DNA from: Wallemia ichthyophaga EXF-994 | Taxonomy: Eukaryota; Fungi; Basidiomycota | Assembly (NCBI RefSeq): GCF_000400465.1 | Contig: NW_008806282.1 | Span: forward strand, 20,001-268,000 | Reading direction: 5' to 3' | DNA length: 248,000 nucleotides | Part shown: one piece after another, positions 51,742 to 63,593 of the stretch | How the letters are laid out: every line of letters starts with the position of its first letter | How positions within the stretch are numbered: position 1 is the first letter of the stretch | The notes under the pieces: generated by a model | What the model was told of the DNA's origin: nothing | The model's database searches: none | The model's input: the letters and a program-made list of their open reading frames with translations, nothing else | Position numbers and translations under genes: made by a program

Positions 51742-53094
51742 CTAGAAATATTTTCCTTTTAAAGCGTAGTTGTTTTTGTTTGGCGTTGTAGATGCCATAG
51801 AAGTGTCATCATGTTCTGGTGTATCTTTCAACATCCACGCTATCTGGGGAGGACTATACGGCGTTGGGGCCACGAGAGACCTTCCACTAGGGATTTGAGA
51901 TGTCAATGATTGTGATGAGGGTATGATTTGAAAATGAACCTGAGGTCTTGGTCAGATTTTTGGCAACGCATTGCAATTCCATATGCATACAGTGTCATTC
52001 AGCTGTTTGTAGGCTTTGAGAAAGGTATCTATAGAACCAAGCTCGATGTCTAATTCATTTTTGCGTTCATCGCGAGCCTTTCGAGTGCTCCTGCTCAATA
52101 TTTTAAGCCTCTCTGACGGACTTGAGGAAACACTCTCGGTGAGTTGCTCAGAAGCAGTCTTAAGCCACGCTATAGCAAAACCAGTATTACCGTTATTTGC
52201 AGCGTCGATACCGAGCCATTTTTTTGCCACTCCGGCATGAAATATATCTCTTCTCTTCATATAAGCTTTGAGATCTGCGGGTAAGTCGACATGCTGAACG
52301 CGCAGAGTGGATTTGATAGAGCTTTTCAGCATGACTCTCGAGGCATTAAACAGAGATGACGTATCTAGGTGCAGTTTGAGCAGAATTTGAGGAGATGGGT
52401 GTGTCTTTGGTATCGGTGGTCCGGGGTTGTGAAGCGTGTAAGCGTGCAGAGGTGACATCAGTTTCCTAATAGCTAGCGATTGTGAGACAGCCAAGCTGAG
52501 CTTAGAAAGACCGCTGTTATACTCTCTATTGAGTATTGGCGTGTCTGCGTCACGAGCACCCTCGTACCTATCGATGGCGGTGTCTGAAATGTATCTAAAC
52601 ACACCAGCTGAAGTGTTGAGAAACCCAATAGCGGTTTGAAGCACATTATCACCTTCTTTTCTGCTGCTTTCTGGTAATGTCGGTATAGAGTCATATGATC
52701 CAATGTTTTCTGCCAAGCCTTGGGCGTGATTAAACAGAGCTAAAGCATACACATGCAATACGTGTATAGTTTCGAATGTGAGGCTGCTTGATGAACTCGA
52801 TTTGCCTTTAGCCGATAGCTGTGAAGGCACAGTCCATACGAAGGACTCGTCGGATATAGCAACAATCGAATCATTAAGAGCTGCTCTTTCAAGTGAAAGG
52901 ACATGAGGCAAATAGTCCAATACGGATGAAACCAATGAAAGATGATCCCTCTTATCTGACTTGAGTGCTGAGTAGATATGCGCACGCTTGGCCGTGGATT
53001 CCGAGGCACGAGAGGAGTAATCTGCAGAAGTTGTAGACGTGAACATTTTACTGAACCAGATTGATTGAGTCGTTGGATATTGTAATCTAATCAT
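51742..53094 (-). CDS. palC: pH-response regulator PalC (BRO1 fold)
   Basis: LQYPTTQSIWFS start, AKKWLGIDA..GFAIAWL, YKQLNDTV, NYALKGKYF end. Confidence 0.75.
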
Positions 53095-53142
53095 GATGTG
53101 ATGGGCGTATTGAACAACGCGTTTCTCACTTACACGTCCAAG

Positions 53143-56100
53143 ATGTAAATACGCGCGATTAGACAAAATACGCAACTGACGCAACACAGGCCACTCGAAT
53201 GGATCGAAGTGTATGACTTTAAATCTTACAAAGGCAGACACAAGATTGGTCCATTCAGCCCTTTCTCGTGCGTTATCGGCTCAAATGGCGGGGTGAGTAT
53301 ACTGCCATTTGGGACAATTCCACACAGTTTACGTGTTTACGCAGGGCAAATCTAATCTCATGGATGCCATCTCTTTCGTCCTCGGCGTGAAATCTGCTCA
53401 TCTCCGTGGTTCGAACATTAGAGATCTCATTTATCGTGGCAGGAGAGTGGGCTTGGAAGACGGCGATCAGGTTGATCAGACTCAGGAAGGTCAGAGCGAT
53501 TACTATTCTGCTCAAAAAGCCTCCGTTTTGGCTCAATACACGAGCACTTCTGGACGCGAACTCAAGTTTGAGAGAACGTGGGTGTGGAATATTATAAAGC
53601 TATTCAGCTTATCTGCTTTCAAGTATAACAATCTCTGGTTCTTCAGAATACAGGCTCAACGGCAGAGCTATCAGTTATGCAGACTACAATCAAGCACTCG
53701 TTAAAGAGAACATCCTCGTAAAGTCAAAGAACTTTCTAGTCTTCCAGGTGTGTGTGGAGATTGCGAGTTATTACACAGCTAATCCTCTATAGGGAGACGT
53801 TGAGGCAGTCGCGACGCAGTCATCTTCGCAGTTGTCGAAACTCATTGATCAAATATCAGGCTCGATAGAGTTCAAAGAGCGTTATGAAGAGACTAGGGGT
53901 GCCCAGGAGCGTGCAAACGAAACATCTGTTGCTCAAGGTTTGAAGAGACGCGTTTTGAATGGTGAAATTAAACAATTTAAGGAGCAAACATCTGAGCTCA
54001 AGCGTTTCGAGGATATGAAGGACAACAGGGTAGGCTTAAGGATTGAGGATCTCTTCGATTAGTTCTCACGTGCAATCCAGAACAACTTGATAATTAGGCT
54101 ACTGTTGATGAAATTATACCACATAGAAGCACAAATAACCACTAATACCGATGCCATCACCTCTAAGCGAGATCATTTGCAAGATCTACAACAACAACAA
54201 GTTAGTCACTGTACTATATCAGCACCCGCACTAACGCCATTCTCTAGGATGGAGCCAAAAGAGAGCTTAAAAGAGCTTCAAAAGAAAAAGCGGAAGCTCA
54301 CAATAAGACAATCAAATGCGAAAACACCATCAAATCTAGCCAGCGTGACATCGATAACAAGGTAGGTGAGAAAATGCCAAAGTTGCACAATCCGCTGACG
54401 CAAGAGTTAATTAGACTCCAAACATTGTTGCCCTTGATGCTCGAATCAGTCATGCTCGTACAAAGCTTAGAACATCAGAAACAAATGCCTCCCGTCTCCA
54501 AGCTGAAGTAGAAGAATTGCAGGAGTGTGTAAATAGGTACAAGGTAGATGTGGATAAGATTGAAAAGGCTGCCGGTCGTGCACAAGCCGAAGCTAGAAAA
54601 CTAAGCGAACAGCGCGGTGTTAATTTATCTGATGAGGATTTGAATGAGTACAGGCAGCTGAAATTGCAGGCAATGTCACTCGCACCAGAAGCTCGTCAGC
54701 AAGTTGAGGAGCTTGGACGTAATGAAAAAACGTCAAAGTCTTCGTTGAATGCAGCCAAATCACGTCTCAGTGAAGCCGAAGCTAAGCATGAGAAACTAAA
54801 GCTTGATGAACGCCGAAATGCTGCTAATGTGGAAGATACTCGAGATGGATTTCAGACTGCTCAAAGCAATTTGCAAGAAGCCAAGCAAAGGTATGACAAT
54901 TTACTTAATGAGAGGAACAAGATTGGTCAACTCGAAACTGAAAAGAATGAAAAGTTGCACGCACTTCTCGGTCAACTTTCCAGCGCTAGCCACGATCTCA
55001 GACAGACAGAACGCGATAACAAATTCAAAGACGTACTCATGACCCTGAAAAGGATGTTTCCAGGTGTTAGAGGAAAATTGGTAGATTTATGTCAACCAAC
55101 TCAGTCAAAATACTCCACGGCTGTTGTGACGGCATTAGGAAGGAACGTAGAATCAATAGTTGTTGACGATGAAGCTACCGCTATTCAATGTATCGAGTAC
55201 ATGAAGGCTCAAAGAGTTGGAAGCGCTACATACCTTCCACTAGACTCTCTTCAAGTCAAGCCAGTACAAGAGCGACTCAGAACTTTGTCATCTGGGGCGA
55301 GATTGACAGTGGACGTCTTGAAGTATGACAACATTTACGAGAAGGCTGTTCATTTTGCAGCAGGTAGCTCTCTCATTTGCGACGATATGACCATTGCGAG
55401 AGATTTGGTTTACGACAAACATCAAGATGTTAAGGCAGTCACCCTGGATGGCACGATTATTCATAGGTCAGGTCTGATAACAGGTGGTCAGGGCGCTAGA
55501 GATTCTGGTAAACGGTTTGACCAAGCTCAATACGACCAAATGATGCGCAGGAGAGATGAACTTGTAATCCAGCTGAAGGCATTGAGGAATAAGCGTCCTC
55601 AGCCTAAAGTGGACGAGGAACTTGTGCAGAACGTCAGGAAATGTGAAAATGATGAGCACAACTCTAAAGACAGCTTTGATGGAGGTGTTAGTCGTTTAGA
55701 TGGTACTCAAAAGGAATTAAAAGTTGCTGAACTCAATCATTCAGAAAAGTCAATGGAGTTGGACACTATGCGTTCTTCATACGATGCACTCAAACGTGAA
55801 CTGGATGATGTACTCGCTATAGTCCATAGAGCTGAAGATGGAGTGTTTGAGCCGTTCTGTGCAAGAATTGGAATAGAGAACATTCGTGAATACGAAGACC
55901 GAGAAGGTCGTGTGGCCGCTGCAGAAAGCGAGGCTAGAGTAAAATTCGAAACGCAAATAGCCAAGCTCAACAATCTGCTCCGCTTTGAAGAAGAACAGCT
56001 CAAGACGTCTAGCACGCGTCTTGAACGTCTTCAAAATAAGCTGGATAGTGATAGGCAGAATCTTGCGACATTTGAAAGTGAGAAGAGATCGCTCCAAGAG

Positions 56101-57286
56101 ATAGTAGATGAGATCAAAAACACAATCGCCACAAATGAAGCTCTTCTCAATGAACTGAGAGAGAGTGAGCAGAGTATTGCAGAAAACGTTGACAGTGTCA
56201 GGCGTAACTCACATAAGGCAGAGCGCCAATATGACGGTGCTTTTAAAGACATTGCAAACAATGTTAGTCTTTTCATTATTCGGGAATGCATTCACTAACT
56301 TTCTCTAGAACGACAACATTAGGATGCTGGCAAGTGAACGGTTCTCCATCTACCGTAAATGTAAAGTAGACGAATTGCCACTGGATCTTGTCGCTGGTAG
56401 CTTGGATGATGTACCATTGGATGCTGACTTGAAGGAGATTGAGCCAATGGATGTCGACGATGACGAAGATGCTACGCAGCGTGCAGTCCAGATCGAAGAC
56501 TATGGCATCGAAGTCAATTTCGATGGTGTAGAGGACGAGGACGAATTGACAGAGGAAGCTGAGTTAAAGTACCAACAAGAAATTGCTCAGATGAGTGAGG
56601 AAATTGATAGAATGGCTCCCAACCTCAAAGCCAGTGATCGGTGAGAAATTTAAATATCCATATCACGCATTGACTGACACTAAGATAGTTTATCTGATAT
56701 GAAAAAGAGGCTAAGTGAAACTGAGAAAGTATTTGAACATGCTCGAAAAGAAACAAAGCAAGCTAGAGATGCATACCAAGACGCGAAAGCTTCCCGACAA
56801 GAGTTATTCATGCAGGCTTTCGATCATCTAAGCAGTAGTATAGATGTCGTCTACAAGGAATTGACCACTTCGCGTGCCAATCCAACTGGTGGTACTGCAT
56901 ATTTGTCGCTAGAAGATGAAGACGAACCATATAATGCTGGTTTGAAGTATCATGCGATGCCACCAGGCAAACCATTTAGAGATATGTACCAGCTATCCGG
57001 TGGTGAGAAGACAATTGCAGCAATGGCTCTGCTTTTCGCCATACAGACGTACAAACCGTCTCCGTTCTTTGTTCTTGACGAGGTTGACTCTGCGCTAGAC
57101 AATCAAAACGCCGCCCAAATAGCCAAGTATCTCCGAAACCATCTGCGAGAATCACAGTATATTTTCATTACACACTCTTCTAGAGTGTATGAGAGAGCTG
57201 ATGCTTTGGTTGGTGTGTTTAGGAATGGTGACATCAATTCTAGTCAAGTTCTCACCCTTGATCTTACTCAGTACGATGAGCCTTAA
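53143..57286 (+). CDS. SMC1: Cohesin subunit Smc1
   Basis: FKSYKG, GKSNLMDAISFVLG, hinge GVRGKLVDLC, LSGGEKT, VLDEVDSALD; ATG split by intron 53145-53189. Confidence 0.97.
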
Positions 57287-58228
57287 ACCTCCTGGTTTAC
57301 CTGTACTTTAAGTCTTTAACTGAATGTATTTGTTATTATTTCTAATTGGCAATTAGTAGTTCAGGACTTTTTGAAGTAGAATTCTTTGTTTAAGGCTGAC
57401 ATTTTCGAAGTTGCGGAGGAAGGTGATTACCTCCCCAGTTTACACCCATTGATATGCGCCAAGTTAATGAGAAGCATGTACATTAAAATCATTTTCAAAG
57501 GTATACAGCTGTGACATATTCACTGAAACGTGATGTAAAATACTTGTGCCTCACTGGCATGAAGTTTTGCATATTTTGTCGTATTCCTGAGACCCTGAAG
57601 AGGACACACGGGACGTCGATACATAGACAACAAGCTTGTTGATGCCTTTACCTAGGTGAGACAGATTTCGAACGTCATCAGCGGAGTCATCATCATCTTC
57701 AAATCGGAATGAGTCAAATTTGAAGCAACCGACAGCGAGCTATTTAAGCTTAACGTGACCGTCAGTAGTATTCTTTCTTATCTAAAATGATGCTCTCTGA
57801 AAGGCTTACACCAACATATGTCGAGAGCTAATCTTCCGAGCCTGTTTGAAGTTAAAGAGTGATTTCGATGTAATAAGTTACGAATTTATAATAAATGATC
57901 ATATGTATAAGCTCAATTGAGAGATTGGAAGAGTTCAAGTATGGCTTCGGTTGTTTCGGAAGAGGTGAAAGCTGGTAAATAGATACACAGAGCCTTAAAT
58001 AATTAGAGCATAGTGTTTGTAATATCCTACCTAAAGATAATTGCGCTTATCAAGTGGCTGCGAGACAATTGATATGCTCTCAAGTCGAGAAAGATCACAA
58101 GGAACAAATCGGAGGAGTTAGAGTATTTAAATAAGCAGCTACAACACTAGGATATTGTTTTACAAATTTTATTCGATGGAAGGCTGATATCATTGAAGAA
58201 GACGCTGTTAAAGTCAACGACGTCAAAG

Positions 58229-58616
58229 ATGGACGAAGCAACGCAAGTGAGTGGCTGTAAAATTCGCAGCGAAATATCTCATATGAAACAGCGCGAACTG
58301 AATACTTTCGTTGAACAAGAACAAGCCAAGGCCAAGTTGCAATCTTCTACACACACATTTACGGAAATGTGCTGGAACAAGTGAGCGAGTGGGGCATCTC
58401 CTATAAATACTAACAGTCACAAAGGTGCATTACTGGCTCAATTAGTTCCCGCTTCTCAAAGTCTGAGGAGTCTTGTTTGGTGAACTGCGTTGACCGATTC
58501 CTGTGAGTGATGATCTTCTCTTGATACTCATCTAAATCTGAATATTATACAGTGACACATCATTACACATTGTTAAAGCATTGGACCACCAAAGGCAACA
58601 AATGCAACCTCAATAG
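58229..58616 (+). CDS. TIM8: Small Tim chaperone Tim8
   Basis: FTEMCWNKC...CLVNCVDRF twin CX3C across exons. Confidence 0.9.
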
Positions 58617-58695
58617 ATTCCTATACATGACCTACGCCATTAATAAGAACTGTTCTTTATTAGTTGAGTACAGCTAGAATTACATTAAGAAAGAC

Positions 58696-61129
58696 CTAAA
58701 ATGGTTGAGGAAAGTTATTTGAATGGTTGCGCGTGAAAGAAAACTGTTGGAGCATTTTCAACATCCCCTTATCACCATCTCCGCCGAAACCGTCCTCCAA
58801 ATTGTTTTGTTCTCCTTCATATTCGTACACCTCTCCTAAGCCAAACTCAGGCGATTTTATACCTCCATTACGCCTAGACGATGGCATGACTGAGTCAGAC
58901 ATTTTCTGCACAAAGACTGATCCTGCCTGGTCGCTCGGAATCCACTTGGGATTTGCAGCTTTGAAATTCATCACACTCTTCTCCAATTTTCCATCCTGGC
59001 TCATTAGTTTCACATTTTGAGCATCTTTAGGTGCACCAAACTAGATACCATGTTAGTGGTATCTTAGATTGTACACAAACAAGCCTACCTTTGTGTTACC
59101 GTGTCTGACGAAATCAAAGTGTGCAAAAGAGCAGATATAACCAAGCTGATCAACCTTGACAGTCGACTGAGACACAAAGTCAATGATCGCTGGTGAGGAT
59201 TTTGGTAAAGAGTAGTAGAGAATAAGAGGCGTAAAAACGACTGAAAGAATCTCTTGAAGGAAGATAACTATTTTGAGCTCAAATAGCTTTGAAAATTCCC
59301 TATGAATGCTCTTTGAGTGCATTTGACTTTGCCATTCTTGGGGCAGATGGTGAGTATAAGCGCATGCCCTCCTCAAAAGTCTTTCGGGGTCATTAACTTC
59401 ATTCTCTACTGGTACCATTCCACGAGCAATAGCGAGAATTGTCCCAAACAATCCAATGTAGAATACAGTCGTGCGCTGTGGAGATATCTCAAAATGCAAA
59501 AACATGTCTTAGAAGGAATTAGCAGGGCATGTCTTCAAAAATAGTCTGCATACCTGGATCTATAACAGATGCGAGTATTAGAACAGCGGCAAATGAACCA
59601 GCCACAAAGGCTACAAAGCGCGCCACGATTGCTGCCTTTTCGTTGGGAAATTGCACAATGTATTTTTGGGCATCGTCGTAGGACATATTGAGACGCTTCT
59701 GAAAAATATGTTGAAGCTCGTTAAACTCTCTAAACTTCCACCTTGCAAGCTCGGTGTAATTTCTAGAGCCTATTGAAGATGGATTCTTGTGATACTCCTC
59801 GAAATACCTAAAGAACGAGTAGAAGAGTAGAAATATGACTAAAAATGGAGCAAGAAGAGCGTTTATGAACGCCAAAACTGTAAAGCGCTTCTTCAATCTA
59901 AAATGTGTTAGTCATCTGGTTAGTAAAAACAGTCACACTAACTCTTGGACATTGCGACCACGTGCTGAAGATTGGAGTATTTCAGGCTTAACTTGACCTT
60001 TCTCGTCAAAGACGTGTCCAAGCAACGCAAATGAGAGATTCCACTCTAACGCCTTTGTCAAGCCATTTGACGTTGCGAAACTGAGCATCTTGTTAATAAT
60101 TCGGTTTTGGATGGGTATATTGATATTCAAGAGGTCCTTGTTGAATAGCGCAATGAGATAATTCTCCTGTCGCATGATTCTGTTTGCGACATCAAGCACA
60201 TCAAGCTGTGCAACCGGATTATGAGAAACATCCACACTCGATAACGCAGTCAAAGGGTTGGACTGCCTAATATGAGAGATCCGCGACACGATTTCCTCCC
60301 ACGATATAGTCTGAACATCACTCTGGAGGTGAGTTAGCGATGCTATCAAGGGAGCCAAACGAAAGACTTACATCAGGAATATGCAGGACGTGTGTGTAGA
60401 ACTTGTACATGTCGACAAGAGCTCGCATTGACAGCACGAATGTTAGTACCTGGTATACATAAAAGGTACCAAACGCAAGCAGCCATATCCAAGTTAAGAA
60501 AGGGAACCTATCGAATTGTTAGTAAGCAATGTATCGAGATACTAACTTACCTGGAAACGCAATGAGGAATTACTATATCAGACAGATTGCCGTTGTGTGT
60601 AATAGCAGAATAGTCGATACAGCCCAAGAGGAAGGTAGAGAAGATGAAAACAAAACCAACGGTAGCGAGGTTGAGAGCTCTCGTAAGAATGATGCAGTAA
60701 ATACCCTTATTTGTGTAATATCCATATGCCTGCGAGAGGATTACGTCAATAAGATAGTGGATGAGGATATCTACGCACGTCTTGAAGGAATTTGTCAAGA
60801 TTCTGGACATTAACCCATTTCCACATAGCGAGTTGATGTGCACTCATGCTCCTGCTACTAGGCTGGTAGCTGCTGTTGCGTTGTTGCTGTGGTAAGGGGA
60901 TTGATGGTTCCGTGTGGGTGTACTTGATGGGGATATCTCTACGATCATCTAGGCTAGTACGCTGATCACCTTCAACGAGGATACTGGGCGGTGGGCCATC
61001 ATCTTCATCTGTATGGCGTGGATTGAGCTCGACGGTCTCGTGGATATCCTGCTCGTCGTCTTCAAGTGGAGCGTAAGTACTCCTTCGCGAATTCATCAGC
61101 ATATTTAATATCGGGGTACTGATATCCAT
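58696..61129 (-). CDS. ATG9: Autophagy protein Atg9
   Basis: WKWVNVQNLDKFL, DVANRIMRQENYLIAL, SSIGSRNYT, LGYICSFAHFDF. Confidence 0.95.
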
Positions 61130-61204
61130 CTGTTATTTTATTGGTGGTTGTTATGATTAAACCCGAGAGATAAGATGGCGGCCTCTTAATCATATACGTC
61201 CATC

Positions 61205-63505
61205 ATGTCAGTTCATTAGTTGTTATTTTCTCCGCTAACAGCCCAGCAGGTCTCGTGTCATCGTTAAGGGATTACCGTCAACGGCTGATAACAGTGCGCT
61301 GAGAACTCACTTCGGCAGCAGAGGTGCGACTATCACAGACGCTAAGGTGGTTTTTAAGAAGGGCAGCGGGGTGGGCACGAGCAGACAATTAGGGAAATCC
61401 AGGGGTTTTGGTTTCGTAGGATTTAAAACGCCAGAAGAAGCCCACGAAGCTTTGCAATTCTTCAACAATACATACTGGGGCACATCGAAGCTCGAAGTTG
61501 AACTTATTAGTGACAATAAGAGTATTCAAGAGCAGCTTCTTGACGGTAAAGAGACTAGAGCGAAGCGTAGAAGGAAGGAAGGAAACGAAGGTAAGGAGGA
61601 GTCAGACAGTGAGGATGAATCAAACAAGAGAATAAAGACACTTAAGCCTGTACATCTCAAGGCTATCGAGATGCAGAAAGCAAAGAACAATACTGGCAAT
61701 GTGGATCAAGGCCAAGTTGAGGACGTAGAGAAGGATGTAAATACAGAAATGTCTGATCTGGATTACATGCGCGCTAGAATGAAAAGGCGTCATATTCCCG
61801 AAGAGCTCGACGACCCAAGCAATAGAGTCCCCGAACACCCACCACAGCCACAGGAAACACCAGAACAAGCTGAAGCTCGTAAGCAAGCAGAGGTTATCGA
61901 TCAGGTTATGGAAACAGCTCGTATTTTCCTTCGTAATTTGCCATTCAGCTGCACTGAGGAGGACCTCAAGACGGAGTTCTCCAAGTTTGGCGTTGTAAAC
62001 CAAGCTCATATACCGCTTAGTAATGATACAAAGACTCCCATTGGTATGGCTTACATCTCATTTGCATCTCCAAATTCTGCAGTTGCTGCTTTTAAGGCGT
62101 CGGACGGATCAATTTTCCAGGGAAGACTACTTCACGTCCTTCCTGCAGTTAACAAGCGTGCACCTCAGGATCAATCAAATGCAAGCTTTAAAAAGATTCG
62201 TAATAAGGATAGAAAAGAGGGCGCTGAGAGCAGAGATTTCAGTTGGTCTGGTTTATATATGAATGTAGGTAGCAAGTGTGAGGCGATTCAAGTACACTAA
62301 CACACTTTGCGTAGGCTGATGCAGTTGTCAGCTCTCTTGCATCAAGATTGAAAATAGATAAATCTGAGATACTCAGCTCAGAATCCTCTTCTAATCCAGC
62401 AGTCAAGGTTGCTTTGGCAGAGACACACATTATTAACGAAACAAAAGGATTTTTGAAAGATCAGGGGGTGAATTTAGATGCATTCTCTCCCGAAAACAAA
62501 GGACCTAGACTTGAGAATACAATCCTAGTGAAAAACATTCCATTTGGGACGAGTGTCGATGACCTTGATGCAATTTTCAGACCATTTGGAGAAATAGGCA
62601 GGCTGCTTTTACCACCAGCTGGTACGATTGCAGTAGTTGAATTCACATTACCTCAAGATGCTCGCACAGCGTTTAAGAAGCTAGCGTACAAGAGATTGGG
62701 CAACTCCGTCCTGTATCTCGAAAAGGCGCCAGACGGAATATGGAGTAAAGAGCAACCATCTTCAGAGGCTATCGCTGGTGGACCTAAACCAGTCGAAGTG
62801 AAGGAGAATGAAGCATCCAATGAGGATGGAGGAGAAGCAGCCAGCACGCTCTTTATTAAGAACATTGCATTCAGCAGCACCGAATCTAAGCTTGCTTCCA
62901 TATTCTCCTCCATTTCTGGATATAGATACGCAAGAATACAAACTAAACCTGATCCTAAGAAGCCTAGCAACCGACTAAGCATGGGATATGGTTTTGTTGG
63001 ATTTGATAATGAAGAGCACGCAAAGCATGCCCTTTCAACGATGCAGAACTACGTTTTAGATGGGCATTCACTGCAAGTTAAATTCGCACAACGTGGCAAA
63101 GAGTTAGACTCTACAAACACCACTTCGATGGGTCAATCGAAGACGACAAAGATGATTGTCAAGAATGTTCCGTTCGAAGCAACGAAGAAGGATGTCAGAG
63201 AGCTGTTCGGTATGCATGGTCAGCTCAAATCTGTCAGAGTGCCGCGCAAATTCGACAGAAAGACGCGCGGTTTTGCCTTTTTGGACTTTGTTACAAGGAG
63301 GGATGCGGAGATCGCTTACGAGAGTCTAAGACATACACATTTGTTGGGGCGTCACTTAGTTCTTCAATGGGCTGATGATGAGGCCGCGAATGACATTGAT
63401 GCTCTCAGGGAGAAGACTGCGTCGTCGAGGTCGACCAATATGCCAACGAACAAGACCAAGTTTGTTGGACCGGAGGATTTGGCGTTGGAGGATACTAGCG
63501 ACTAG
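61205..63505 (+). CDS. MRD1: Multi-RRM 40S biogenesis factor Mrd1
   Basis: MSRVIVKGLP (ATG split by intron), five RRMs, LRHTHLLGRHLVLQWA. Confidence 0.93.
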
Positions 63506-63593
63506 AATTGTGAGATTAGTGCATGAATAGATATTTATTGTTATATAACTTTAAGTTATTTGTCTCTTTCTCACCACCACCGATAAGCTATCG

